Shown here: positions 26,852 through 40,518 of the stretch, piece after piece
Layout of the letters: the number at the start of each line of letters is the position of its first letter
Position numbering within the stretch: the first letter of the stretch is position 1
Origin: Neoconidiobolus thromboides FSU 785
Lineage: Eukaryota > Fungi > Entomophthoromycota
Reading direction: 5' to 3'
Length of the DNA stretch: 64,000 bases
Assembly (NCBI GenBank): GCA_025603075.1
Contig: MU626285.1
Span: forward strand, 94,980-158,979
Notes under the pieces: generated by a model
Databases searched by the model: none
What the model saw: the letters and a program-made list of their open reading frames with translations, nothing else
Told to the model about the DNA's origin: nothing
Translations under genes and position numbers: made by a program

Positions 26852-28375
26852 ATATACTTACAAATGAAATAAAGGTTGGCTTCCTTATCAAATTCTAATT
26901 TCATCGCTTTTTTATCATACTGAAATTCATCATTGCTTTAATTATCTCATGCTTAGGTACTTACTTATACCCTTGAGTTAAAATGCAGGTGTTTTAGTAT
27001 CTATTATATTGGTACCAACCAGGCTATAAATAAATCATAGTTTTTAGATGGTAATAGGTTTTGTATAATTTTTCATATGGTTAATTACATTCAGATTTCA
27101 TGGTAATATGAACAAAATGCACCAGATTTTTATCTGAGCATAAAAGATACATTTACTTAAACTCAATCTAGTTATAATCATAAAATAAATTGCTTGATAA
27201 GTTATAAAAATAAACAAAGACTCTGTTCAAACAATAATGTACTTTAATCAAAACTTTAAATGTCATTATATTATTATTTCCATGCCTTAAACTATTGTTA
27301 GTGTCCTAATATTAGTTCTTGAAGGCATCCAATTGTCCAAATTTCTAAAATAATGTATTTCAACAACTTAGATTAAGCTATCAATTGTATATCACTATAA
27401 GTTTCTTATATATTTAAAAAATTGGAAAAAACAATTTATGATAAAGAATGACACCTTACGTAGATATAAATCTATTTAAATACCTGTTTATAGCGTAAAT
27501 GTATCTATTATTTGTATTGTTTCCATCCTAAATATAATAAACTTTTTTTTATTAGGTAGAGATTGATCACAAATAAATGTATACAATATAAATTCATCAA
27601 TATAAAAAGTAAAGTTTATTAAAGAACTTTCTATAAAAAAGAATATTAAAGATGTCCGAGTTTGTTTCAGAATTTACTTAGAAATTAATCCAAATTTTGT
27701 TTTGAATTTGTAAGTCTTTAATGTGATTGTTTGAATCTAAAAAGCCTAAAATTAAATTTCTTTATTTGAAAAACTTGTTTTAATTGTTTCTTTTTCTTAA
27801 ATAGCTAATTTTTCTAGCCATATGTTTTATGTTATTTCTGTTAAATATTTAATAGATATATAATGTATAACTATATAATTATATGGATAGAGTTATTTGA
27901 CTTTATTTTTTGTTAAAATAAAAATAAAATGCAAACTTTTATAGCTAAACTTTGAAATGGGATTTTTGAAAATTTTGTTTTATTTTATCATAAAATTCCA
28001 TAAACCTTGGGTTATTATAAGTAGCTCTTAAAATTGATGTAAATGAATTACAATGTTTATATTATGTGCTTCTTCTCATTTTATGTTAAAGAAAAGATAT
28101 ATTATCAAAGTTTACTATCGATAACAATAAACTTAATCAAGCGAGGTATAAAATTAGTGCTTTAAGGAAAACAGGAAATAAAAATCACCAACTAGCGTTA
28201 TTATCAGCTATAGCTTCAGTATATTCTTTTGATGAATGTAAAAGCTTTGGGTTTAATATAAATAGAAATCAATATGATTATTCAAAAATAAGTAATAACA
28301 ATAAAATATCAATATTACAACCTATTATTAAAAATACAAAAGAAATTAAAGATGACCAAATTGAAACTATTATAT

Positions 28376-28473
28376 GGGGCTGTTTTTTTTAGTTTCATTA
28401 TTTTTCCATTTTTTAAGCGCTATCTATGTGGAAAAACTGTCAGTAAAATTCTTAAATACAAAAATACATCCCC
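28376..28473 (-). mobile_element. MITE copy inserted in the transposase N-terminal region
   Basis: ATAT-GGGG...CCCC-ATAT, 98 bp. Confidence 0.95.
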
Positions 28474-29714
28474 ATATAATATTTACTAAATGATTCAACT
28501 ATTTCATCAAGATTTAATAAAAAATAATGATAGTAAATATTCATCAGATCATATATATATTAAATGAAAGTAAAAGAATAATATATAGTAAATATTTTAG
28601 TAATTCAAAAGATAAAGCAGTAGCTAGGTCAACATTTTTTAAATATATACCAAGTAATCTTAATGCAGCAAGAAAAACGGATTTATGTAATACATATACC
28701 CAGTATACAATTAGAAAAAAGCTATTTGAGAATAAAATAAATACAGCAATAAAAAATAAATCAAGGATAGAAGAGATTTTTAATGAAGAAGAGAAATTAT
28801 ACAAATTACACAAATTTTGTGTCGATACTCAAAAAAACACATTTAATGAAACTATTAAAAAATCAAATAATAAAAGTTTTATAATAATTTTAAATTTTAA
28901 ACAAAATATGGAAACAGGAATAAGACCAGATTCAATAAATTTAGATCATTATAACAAACAAGCTATATTAATATTAGGATTTAGTGTTTCATGTTTAAAA
29001 GATGATAAAACAATAGGCAAAGTTTACTTTGATTATTTATCTGAAATACTAAATCGTGATTCAGTATATGCAGGAGATTGTTTAATCGATTTAATCTCTA
29101 CAGAGCTTTTATTTAAAAGGTTTACAAAAATTAATATATGGGTAGATACAGGAAATCATTTTAAATCCCAAGAGCTCCTATGTTACGTGTTTAAAGAAAT
29201 TCATAAAATAAATAGTGGTTTAAATATTGATCTTAATTTTTTTGCTGACCATCATGGAAAAAGTATAGTTGATGGACATTTTGGAAACCTTTCAAAATGT
29301 AAAAGTAATTTTGAAGCATTAAGTAAAATAGAAGATATCAATCAACTTTCAAGATTTGAGGCTTTTATTTGCGAGCATAATAAAATCAATAACTCGACTG
29401 TTAATAATGGGAAAACAGATATAATTTTTAAAAAGTATAAAAGAAACAAAAGTACAAAAAGAATAATAGAGATGCAGGGCATTAAGAAGTATTTACACTT
29501 TATTAAACATAACAATAAACTACATTGTTATCCAGTATCTGATACATCAAAAAAAAGTGATATAGTTCGAATTAGAGTTGTAGAGTCTATAGAAAATAGA
29601 AAAATTAAAAGATCGACTCGAGCTTATCTTACAAAAATAACAGAGAATTTAAAACTTTCGATATTTACTAAGCAAGTAAGTGGTTTGTTAAGTGATAGAA
29701 ATAAACTATTAAAT

Positions 29715-29813
29715 GGGGATGTGTTTTTGTATTTAAGAATTTTACTAGCAATTTTTCCACTCAAATAGCGCTTAAAAGGTGGAAAAAGTAATGAAGCCAA
29801 AAAAAACATCCCC
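29715..29813 (+). mobile_element. MITE copy inserted in the transposase C-terminal region
   Basis: AAAT-GGGG...CCCC-AAAT, 99 bp. Confidence 0.95.
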
Positions 29814-30362
29814 AAATGCTAATACTATTCGAGTTAATAAGCAATCAAAAAGCAAGTAATTGTAATAATAAGTAAGAAGTATCGTTATACTACTTGTATT
29901 ACATATGGGTAGCTAATTATAGTTTTGAGGCTAACTACTCCCTCCCATGTAGCTATTTATTAGTTTAACGATATATTAATAATGTAATTATAACATTAGA
30001 ATGATTTATTTATTTGATAGAAAATCTGCAATATTGGTTGTAAAGAAGTCGATAATAAATATTTCTCAATAAAGTTTTATAAGAGTATATATTTATCTAC
30101 ATACTGTAACTTTAATTATTATTAGTATATATCTATTATATTAGTAAAGGTCTTGTTAATCTGGGAATTTTTATTAGATCTAGTAGAAATTCAGCTAGCT
30201 TACAATGTAAGCTATAATATAATAAGTTAAAACTGTGTTGAGTACTTTTGTTTTTTAATAAAAAGAATGAAACTAATTTTGACATCTCCATATCATTTAA
30301 TGTATATTGAACAAAATCTCCGACTTTGACTTATTAATAATTAAAAATAACAAAAGGCTAAT

Positions 30363-30960
30363 TCAATAGCCAGGACTGACCATTTGAGGAAGATTGTACC
30401 ACCTTGGGTTAGTATAAGCATTATGGGTTTGATATAAGCTTTGAGGAGCATTTGGGTTTAAGGGAATAATAACTTTATCTCTTTGTTCAATTATACGAAA
30501 TCTGGCTACTGCATTTTTGTTCCTTTTAATGTAAGTATTCGTATCTTTGATGCTTTTCACAAAATGAATGTAACCCTAAAATAAATATAATTAGATATTA
30601 ATTACAAAATAGGTTATAACTTACATAAATCTCATGAGCTAAAAATGAAAAGATAACAAGAGAAACTAAAACAGCATACGCTAACAGAGAAGGTTTTGCA
30701 AAAAAATAGAGGATAACTCCTATAGCTATGAATATCACACTTAATAAAGCTATGAGTGCAATCCGATAATTGTAGGTTTTTTTCACGATTGAAGGTAACT
30801 GTGCTTTATTTTTATCTGTTCCAAATAACATTATTTCGGTGATGCTGTGTTGTATATTTAGATCAAACAAATAGTGTGGTTTGATTTGGATATCTTTAAT
30901 ATGAGAATTTTTTGTCAATGCTGACTGATTGAGGTCCATTGCAATAACTGTTAATAAGGC
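30363..30960 (-). CDS. Unknown protein with two C-terminal transmembrane helices (5' part unresolved, possibly degenerate)
   Basis: ORFs 30598-30939 and 30363-30560 joined by a GT-AG intron; hydrophobic IALIALLSVIFIAIGVILYFF and LLAYAVLVSLVIFSFLA. Confidence 0.45.
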
Positions 30961-31779
30961 TAAATTTTTATTTTAAATTGTTTCAAATCTTTTTTCAATA
31001 TATACTTTTTATCCCCTAAAATCCATTTGTTCCTAAAGGAATAATGCAGATAATTACATTTATTGTATTAGAACCAAATATACCTTATCACAATTGTATA
31101 GTCTAAATTAAGTCAGTTTGCTTTTAATATACGGTTCACTTGATTTATTAATTAAAGACTATAGAACTTGTAAGTATTATTTTAATACTGCTTATTGTAG
31201 CCTCCAAAATTTGAAGTACATTTATAAAATATAGATCGGAAAACATAAATTAAATTGTTATAAAAATCTAAACTATACTGTAAAAAAGGAGTTAGTAAAG
31301 TTAAATAAAATTCCATAGAATAGTTGTGTATGTACAAACAACTCTTTTAGAATTTATAATTCAGAGAATTTGAGCATAGAACATTTAATTATTCGAATTA
31401 AGAACAAATAAAAAATATCAAACTTAATGTTTGACTATGTGTTTAGATATTATATTTGGTTATATTATTTGGAAAATACTTAATCTACTAGTTTCTATAC
31501 TACATTTGTGATTTAAAATAAAATAGCAGTATTCTAAATTAATTAGAAGTTTCTTAAAGTAACCACACTTGGTAATGAAAAAATAATGATATTATGCTTA
31601 GGGTATTACAGCGCTCATATAAAATCCTTTTTGATAAAGAATTATTTTATCCAAGCTAATGAAAATGCATATTCCTCTACTACTTAACTGTGTAAGTACT
31701 AAGTTAGGACAACGTCCTTAAATTAGGATACTGTGTACTCTATAGGGCATTTATATTTAAACTAGTAAAAATTATATTT

Positions 31780-32400
31780 TTTATTCAATTACAAGGAATT
31801 TGACAATCATGTTTTTTGTTTTTTTGAATATGATCTGTATTTCGGATTTTTCATGAAATTTTGATGGGATTAGTAAAAATGTATAAATGTTAGTTCAATT
31901 TTTAACAATATGGGGGTGTTTTTTTGGCTTCATCACTTTTTACATCTTTTAAGCGCTATTTGAGTGGAAAAACTATTGTTAAAATTCTTAAATTTAAAAA
32001 TACATTCCAGTGTAGTTAATTCTCAAATCTTCCAGTCCTTGTATCCCAAAAATGTAAGGGCAACAATAAAGACTACAACTATATATAGCAATACCAATGA
32101 CTTAACGAAGAAGTATAAGATGGTTTGTATGACTATGAATACGACGATTAATAAGACGATAAGTAAAAATTGTTAGTATAAGTTCTTTTTATAATAAATG
32201 ATAATATAATTCGTTTTTGTCTTTATTGAATAGCATGTTTCAATTGCGGTATATTCAACACTAGTAGCACTTAAGCATAAATGATCCTTAACTTGTCACA
32301 ATTTTTGCTTGGTAAAGTCTAATTTTGATAAGTCGTTAAACAGCCCAATTAAGCAAAAATTTTGATCTGATTAATCTTTTTCGGACTTCCTTTGGCATAA
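31780..32400 (-). pseudogene. Degenerate tandem paralog of the 30363-30960 gene
   Basis: LLIVVFIVIQTILYFFVKSLVLLYIVVVF vs IALLSVIFIAIGVILYFFAKPSLLAYAVL; MLFNKDKN vs MLFGTDKN; frameshifts, stops and a MITE insertion. Confidence 0.45.
31912..32009 (-). mobile_element. MITE copy
   Basis: ATAT-GGGGG start, reverse core, eroded right end. Confidence 0.8.
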
Positions 32401-32519
32401 AATTGTAAACGATTTTTTATATTCAAATAATATCTGATCTGCCTTTTTGACTTATTACTTGATTGGTAATTTGTTCTAATTTTGAGCTTAAAAACTCAAA
32501 AAGATAAAGAAAACCACAT

Positions 32520-32616
32520 GGGGATATTCTTTTTGTTTAAGAATTTTACCAATAACTTTTCCGCTCAAGTGGTGCTTAAAAAATAGAAAAATTCATAGAA
32601 CCAAAAAAACAGTCCC
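32520..32616 (+). mobile_element. MITE copy
   Basis: ACAT-GGGG...TCCC-ATAT. Confidence 0.8.
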
Positions 32617-32855
32617 ATATCTTTAAGAGAAAATTTCGCTTTAGTCAAAATCACCCAACTATTTGATATCTCAGATTATAATCAAAATGCTATTAAAACA
32701 GTTTTTAAAGGTTTTACCAAGTATCTATGAATTAAAATAAATATTTAACATAATATAATATAAAAACTTATAAGATCATTTGAAGAGGCTGAAGGTTATA
32801 CTTTATTTGCATTCAGAAAAAAAGCTATTAGTGAATGAATGATAAAGCAAGATAT

Positions 32856-32946
32856 GGGGATGTATTTTTAGGTTTGAGAATTTTATTATCTTTCTGCTTA
32901 AATAGTACTTAAGATAGAGAAAGTGATGAAGCCAAAAAAACATCCC
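32856..32946 (+). mobile_element. MITE copy (small internal deletion)
   Basis: ATAT-GGGG...TCCC-ATAT, 91 bp. Confidence 0.85.
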
Positions 32947-33257
32947 ATATATAAGCTTTAAACTCTAAAATGACTTATAATGAGTTTTTGAAATTAAAAG
33001 TAATCAAACAATATTTGAAGTTTGGATCTAACTCTCATACCATTCCTATAAGTATTTTTATTTTTACTTTCGCTTTTTATGGAAACCTGGATTAAATACT
33101 TGTTAGCTAAACTAAGAAGTTTATAAGTTTTTATGCAAACAATGAATGTAGCTATGCCCTGGTTAAATTTATTTATAAATGAGTTTAAAATAGTTTTTTT
33201 GCTTACAATACATTTTATTTTTTTAGTAGTGTGATTAAAGTACCATCACCTCAATAT

Positions 33258-33353
33258 GGGGGTGTATTTTTGTGTTTAAGAACTTTACTAACAAATTTTC
33301 CGCTTAAATAGCGCTTAAAAGATGGAAAAAATAATGAAAAAAAAAACGCTCCC
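33258..33353 (+). mobile_element. MITE copy
   Basis: ATAT-GGGGG...TCCC-ATAT. Confidence 0.9.
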
Positions 33354-34260
33354 ATATATTGGTTTTTACCCTTTATTTAATCATTGAAGATAAGTCTTGA
33401 CTTTTACATATTTTATACCAAAAGTAATAAATAAAAATCAAATTAATAGATACAATAAATTAGCTATGATCAATTATTCTTATGTCATGTATATCAAAAC
33501 ATTAAACTTATGGTTTAATAATTTTATCATAATCAATTGAAAAAATAATTCATACTGAATTTGTAGATTATATATCATATTTATTTTATAGGTTTATAAT
33601 AATAATATAATATAATATAAACATACTATAGAAAATACTTATGTAGCAGCTAATATGTTATTTGAATATGTAAAAATGACTTTAATACTTTAATACTTTA
33701 TGTATCTATACTGCTTTAGGTTTTTGGCTTTTAATAGTTGCAAATGAACTTAGCTTTACTTTGATATTTTTAACTTTCAGAAATCATACTTATGATATTC
33801 GTTGTTTTAAACTTATCATAATAACAAAAAGGGGTAGAAGGTTCTATTTGCCATTGATTGCAAAAATAATTAGAAAATTTCTTATAATGTATATCTGAAG
33901 GTGTTTTAAAGTATAGATGGTTGAGGAGTCTATACAAGCTATTAGTGAATTTTAAATTCTAAAATGATAATAATTTCGATAGAATACCTAAACATCATAA
34001 TTCATTCCTCACTCAGATAAAAGTTATCACAACTCTAGGCCAAATCCATATATAAGGCTTATTTAATTAGAGCTTCTTAGTCTAGAGTTGCCGAAGGCGA
34101 GGATTCTAGAAGTTATCATAAATGGTAGGCTGCCTAATAAAAACATTTAAAAAATATAAATACATTCCTGCACCAAATAAAAGTATCAATATTAACTTTT
34201 AGATATTAAGCCATTCATCCCATTTTTACTTTGATTACCTGTATACGAAAATCAATATAT

Positions 34261-34355
34261 AGGGATGTTTCTTTGGCTCATTACTTTTCCATTTTTTAAG
34301 TGCCACTTGAGTGGAAAGATTGTTAGTAAAATTCCTAAACAAAAAAGTATATCTC
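34261..34355 (-). mobile_element. MITE copy
   Basis: ATAT-AGGG...TCTC-GTAT, reverse core. Confidence 0.8.
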
Positions 34356-34968
34356 GTATGTCAGCTTATTAAAGTCGAAGAGATTAAGACTTTTTGACGA
34401 TAAGCATGGAAATATAGTTTTCTTTTTACAAAGTCAGCCCAATTTAGAAAGATTTAGGGATTATGAGCAACCAAATATGGTGTTATTCTCCTTATTTTAT
34501 ATAGGGATGATCATTTTAAATTATAAATATCCAACAAAGAGTAATTGTTTAGCTCTATGAGATTGATTAATGTTACTTTAGTATAAAATTAATTTTTAAT
34601 AAAAAGGCTAATAAACAAGTTTTATGCATAGTTAATAATAGCTTCATAACCACAAACCAATAATTGTCTTAATAAATTTTATAAATACAATGTACAAGTA
34701 TTACATCATTTTTGAAATATGAGATTAGAGACAGTGAGTGTTAAAAAATATTTAGATATAACTAAAAAGAATTTGTTAAACTTATAATTGATATTGCTGT
34801 TAAGAATCAATCATAGATTTAAATATAATTTGGTAAAATGCAACTTCATAACTGATAAATTTATATACTAATACTCCTAACAGTATATAATAGCTCATGG
34901 CGAATATTTCTTGGCATTATAAACCATAATAAGCTAATTTAAAGTAAAGTTAATTAGTTATAACATTT

Positions 34969-35065
34969 GGGGATATTTTTTTTGATTTCATTACTTTTCC
35001 ATTTTTAGGCGCTATTTAAGTAGAAAGATTGTTAGTAAAATTCTTAAACAAAAAAATACATCCCC
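34969..35065 (-). mobile_element. MITE copy
   Basis: ATTT-GGGG...CCCC-AATT(T). Confidence 0.85.
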
Positions 35066-36578
35066 AATTTTATGGTTAAATTAGGGCATTGGAACCAACT
35101 TAATCGCGAAATGCTACACTATTAAATGATTGCTTTTACTATATATAAAATAGCTATTTAGCTGAGATTACTTGATACATCTTTATTTCATATTTGATGA
35201 TAAAGAAATTGTTTGCTTTCTTTTCTAGTACTATTATTAGTATTTAGGCCAATTTACATACTTTATGTCTTTTAGTAAATATAGCCATCTGATTCTTATA
35301 AAGCTTTAGGCATTACCTGTTCTTATGGTCAGCTGTAATTTAAGCACTAATTTAATAGTATATGGAACTAGGCCTAAATAATGGTTATAACGTTATCAAA
35401 TAAATAGGAAAAAAATAGCTAGATTTTGTTACAAAAATAATGGTAATATTCAATCAAAGTTATAAGAGTAGAAATTGAAAGTTAATTTAAATATGAGACT
35501 CACAATAAGTATTAGCTAAATTTTACTTTAATATTTTAAAAATAGGTTCCTACCGAAAATTTTGTTTCGATTACTGTTATTTTTAACTTGGACAAGAACC
35601 TTTTTGATCATATTTTTCTAAGGGATATAACATTGACTTTTTAATCCAAGTACCCGATATTATGATATTGTGATATAAAATTAGTTTTCTAATTTTAGAA
35701 TTATGGATAAAATATAGATATTCAATCACCAATAATAAGCGAAGAGTGACTCCTTTCTAAGTTAATTTTATAGTAGAAATATATACTAGTTGGTATAGTG
35801 TAAAAGGGATCTTTATAAATCCTTGACACAATTTAGAACTATTTAGCTATAAAGCATGATTTAATAAGTTAAAAGTCTCAATCTAATGAGTATGTTATAA
35901 CTTTGAATAGAGTAATATTTTATAAATTTATCTAAACAGCTTTAATAAAGTAGACTACAAAATTACTATTATGATTTACTCTGATTGTTAGATGTTTAGC
36001 ATTCAATGTTAAAAAACGGAAATTACTTCCTTTTTGTTGCAATCAAGACTGGATTTGAATTATTTGTATTTGTATAGGAGTTTACAACTTTTTTGATAAG
36101 TTTCATATTTAGCCATATTGATATTATGATTGCGTTTACTATTTTGCTACTTTGATTGTTGACTTGGCTATATATATATAAACCATTAAAAAAACAAATA
36201 AGACTTTGACTCTTACAATTCCCTTTACTTATCTTGTTTTTTATTACAATATAGCGAATTTAACAAAAGTCATTGTTAAATACTCTAATGATAGAATATC
36301 TTTTACATCTAGTTTCATATTACTACTGTTGATTCTAACATTTATACCGTGAAAAAAATCATATAATCATACATTAGAATAAATTATAAGTTACTACTTT
36401 AAATTGAATCTAGCTCAGTAATTATAGAAATTAAACATTTAACACTTTATATTAAGAAAAAGGTACAACAATTTAGAGTTAAAAGTTTTCAAATAAAAGT
36501 ATTAAAGTAGATTAAAGCGATGATATGTAGTTTTACAGCTTGAGATTAAAATTTTTATTAACAAAAAACAGAAAACAA

Positions 36579-37436
36579 TTAATTAGAAAAAGAGAGATTA
36601 GCTAACTGAAATAAATGTATGCCAGCTATATATAATGGATTTTTATCATGTAGTGTAATTTGAGAAGTATCAGGGATAAAGTTAGAACTAGCCTTTAATA
36701 TTGACTCTAGGTTGTTAATAGAGATATCAGTTATCAAAAGGATTGAATTCACTACAAAAGTTAAAAATCGATTATCAGCTATGTTAATTAACGCATAGAA
36801 TTCATGTAAGCTTATTATTCCCAAATAATTGTTAACATTATAAAAATAATAACTAAGTGATAATATTTCATTATCGTTTAATAAAGCTGAAATAATGAAA
36901 TGACCATGTAACATATGATAAACTTGTTGAAATCCAAAGTCTAAGTTAAGTTTACTTTCTAATATAAAATTAACAATGTTATTAACTTGTATTAATGTTG
37001 GATTAAAGCAGTTACTCAAAAAATCTGGAGAAAAGGTTGCATTTGATTTTACTTCACAAATATTAGAACTTAATATATGTATTGAAATAGGCTCAATAGA
37101 ATCGCTACTACTTCCCATAAATAATAAATCTGAAGGCACGGCTTGGATACTTTGGGATTTCAACTCACTAGACTGAGCGCAAGTTGCCTCAGGCTGTTTC
37201 TTCTCTTTTAAAGGAAAACAAATAAGGCCCTTCTCAGGTTTATGCCAATCCCAATCCATATCAATAGGCGCTTTTGGTTTAGGTCCCCTTTTCATAGGAG
37301 TATAACTATAAATGCATTGTCTTCCTACTTTTGCACATTTTAAACAAATCGGTTGCTCTCTGCTGCATTTAAGTTTATGTTTACGACACTCATCACAAGC
37401 ATGGGTGGCTAATTGATCAAAAGCTTTTTGGTCCAT
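36579..37436 (-). CDS. Zn(II)2Cys6 (GAL4-type) fungal transcription factor, possibly truncated
   Basis: ACDECRKHKLKCSREQPICLKCAKVGRQCIY followed by KRGPKPK. Confidence 0.85.
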   Translation of the reverse strand: MDQKAFDQLATHACDECRKHKLKCSREQPICLKCAKVGRQCIYSYTPMKRGPKPKAPIDMDWDWHKPEKGLICFPLKEKKQPEATCAQSSELKSQSIQAVPSDLLFMGSSSDSIEPISIHILSSNICEVKSNATFSPDFLSNCFNPTLIQVNNIVNFILESKLNLDFGFQQVYHMLHGHFIISALLNDNEILSLSYYFYNVNNYLGIISLHEFYALINIADNRFLTFVVNSILLITDISINNLESILKASSNFIPDTSQITLHDKNPLYIAGIHLFQLANLSFSN

Positions 37437-38131
37437 TATTTTCTATTTTATTAAATATGTACTAATTTGAATAATTAAAGTTTTAATTTTAATTTTTTAT
37501 TTATTTAGTCTTTATATACTTTTTAGAAACTTGGGATGATGCAAATTCAGACTGTTTTTCTTGATAGCATGTATCTATATATGTACATGGAATAAACCAA
37601 CTTAACAATCTATATTAGTAAATTAATGAAGTTTTTAAAGTATGATTAAACCAAGTTATTAGCTTATGCTACTAATTTTATAATTATTGGTTCTAGAATA
37701 GCTATTTGTCTCAAATTGTATAAATCCATTTACAATTGGAACATAATTAACTTTCTAGTCATTATTGATTAGAGAGTGAATTAGTAGTCAATGTAAGACA
37801 AAGTATAAACTCACAAAGCAATGAGCTTTAGATCAAGTTTGATCAATAAATTTCTTAATACTAAAAGCTAAAAGTCACTTCAAAAAATGTAGCTATAGAA
37901 GTATAATAATTACCAAATATCCTACTACAATTTATGTCATATTCCATTAATATTATCTTAATATGTTTTTAATTAATATTTAATAAATTTGTTATATTTG
38001 AACTAAAACTAAATTTCGAAATGTAGTGCAAAAAATTACATTCTATATATTAGATATTAATTAAATTTCATTAATATGAAAATCAACTAAAATATAATAA
38101 ATTATAACTAGAAATTATTAAGATAGCATTT

Positions 38132-38229
38132 GAGGATGTTTTTTTGTTTTCATTACTTTTTCTATTTTTTAAGTCTTATTTAAATGGAAAAATTGTTAGT
38201 AAAGTTCTTAAACACAAAAATACATCCCC
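38132..38229 (-). mobile_element. MITE copy
   Basis: ATTT-GAGG...CCCC-ATTT, 98 bp. Confidence 0.9.
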
Positions 38230-39614
38230 ATTTATTAATTATGGTATAAATGAATTAGGAAGACTATAGAAACGAAAATAGATTGCAAAAGCTATAATTA
38301 ATTATTTTGGATAGAATATGCTGTGTGCTCTGTTATTTAGATGATATAAAGAACCATAGAGTTATAATGTTGATAAATGCAGATAAATTTTATTATTATG
38401 ATGTAGAGAAATATGTCATTCCCTTAAGCTTTATATAATAAATAAGGATGTGTTGTTTTAAATTTAGATTTATAATTTAAGTAAGATACTACTCAATTTT
38501 GTAAATATAGTGATTGCGCTTCAAATTTATTATTAGTACATATTTTTTTAAAAATAGTAATTATATTGATAATAAATAGCTTTATTTATCTAATCTTGCA
38601 AATGGACTTAAATCGATTAAAATATGAGGAAAATCAAATGTAAATAAAGTTTTAATTTTTTTAGCAAATTTAATTAATTAGTACAATCAATCTATTATAA
38701 ACTCTTATTTCACTTCCATTTAATTAATTAGTAATGAATACAAGTACATGATAATGATAATTCACAATTCCTACTCAATCAGTTAAGCTAGAATATGCTC
38801 ATAAAGCAGAGTATTGGTATAAACGTTAGTCATGTTATTCATACCTTTGCTCTTTATTTGAAATAACAAGATGCATTGATCTAAAAATATAATGATATCT
38901 ATTTTTAACTTTCAACTCGATCATTTGCATTGCAGTAAGTATGATAACTCATTTACTATTCAGCTATCTCTATTCTAGAATATCTATTTATAAAAATTAG
39001 GACATATCTAATATAAATAAAATAGTATCAATTTTAAACAACTTAATTGTCGTTATATAGCTTTAATGGTACATTTCTAAACATTTAAACTAATTGAAAT
39101 ATAAGGTTTAGAAGTATGACTTTATCAATGGCTAAAATTTTAAAATATACAATAAGACTCGTAAAGCAAGTTCTATTTTTATACACATTTATAACTAAAA
39201 AAGAATCATCTTTAAATGAAAAATAACTCACTACCTATTCACACTTAATAGAATGTAGAAATTATAAATAAAAAACAAGCTTTATTTTGTGAATTTACTA
39301 ACAATTCCTAATTAGAAGAAGTACATTAAAAAAAATTATTCTGCTAGATTATCTAATCCTACTTAAATAAATTTTTTCTATGGATTAATTTGAAATTGAA
39401 TTGTTCTTAAATTGTTCTTAAATTGTAAATATTAGTAAAATTGAATATTTTTTAGTTAAAATTTCAAACAAAAATAGTAAATGTATAAGGATGAATTTAA
39501 ATAAATCATTTCACTATCATTTATTTTAAAATAGGAATCATGTTATCTAAAGGGATAAAATATTTTATAACTATTCTCTTTGAAGATTTTCCTTACAAAA
39601 TCTAACAAATACAT

Positions 39615-39710
39615 AGAGGTGTATTTTTTTGTTTAAGGATTTTACTCATAGCTTTCCTGCCTAAATAGTGCAAAAAAAAGAAAAAGTGATGAGACTACAA
39701 AAACACCCTC
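39615..39710 (+). mobile_element. MITE copy
   Basis: ACAT-AGAG...CCTC-ACAT. Confidence 0.8.
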
Positions 39711-40518
39711 ACATGCTGATATTAAAAATATCATTAAACGCAAAGTATTATATTGTAGATTATTTTGGTGTACAAATTACAAATCAAGTGTCATTAGAAT
39801 TGAAATAACTTATTAATTATATAGTGTAAAATTTAGGATTACATAAATAAAACCTATGTAATAATTTTCAAACAATAAACGGGAGAATGAATTAGTTATA
39901 GTTATTTTAACACTAAGTTTAATTTTACAAAGATAGTATAATAGACTAAACTACTTTAAAGTACATTAAAATAAGATTGAGAGTATGTTTATTAAACTTC
40001 ATCGTAAAACTTATTAATTATGGTTTTTATAATTATGGTATATAGTTTTTTATAGTAAATTTCAATGCTTCTAAATATGGAAATTACTTAAAACGAAGAA
40101 AAATAATCAAATAAATACGGTATATTTTATATTATCATTTCTATTAATCAACTTGAAACATCCTTAAAAATTAGATACTATGGTTTTCATCTATTAAAAC
40201 TAAGGGGGTGCTAATCGGAAATTTTTCTTTGAATGTTGAATTTTCAAAAAGGGTTATATCATAAAATAATTGATCAAGTATATAAGCATCTTGATTTCAT
40301 AAATGACTCTTACTAATACGGTAGATTGCTATATATAATTTATTGAGTTAGAGCAAAGTTCTAAGGACTAAATGTTTATCGAAATTTTAATTGTGCTAAA
40401 AAAGATCAACTTTAAATAGAATTTATTGAGATACAATATCTAAAAATAAAAACAATTATATCATATGTGTTCTATTTATTAACATACTAACTGATATTTT
40501 ATATATTAAATAGGATGT

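Larger units (their letters stand above)
28090..29859 (+). pseudogene. Decayed DDD-type cut-and-paste transposase (Sola2-like), interrupted by two MITEs
   Basis: Motifs RSTFFKYIP...TDLC, IL(N)FKQN, IWVDTGNHFKS, FFADHHGKSIVDGHFG; the coding-like frame continues upstream of the 28376 MITE and after the 29715 MITE to TAA at 29857-29859; premature stops upstream. Confidence 0.75.
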
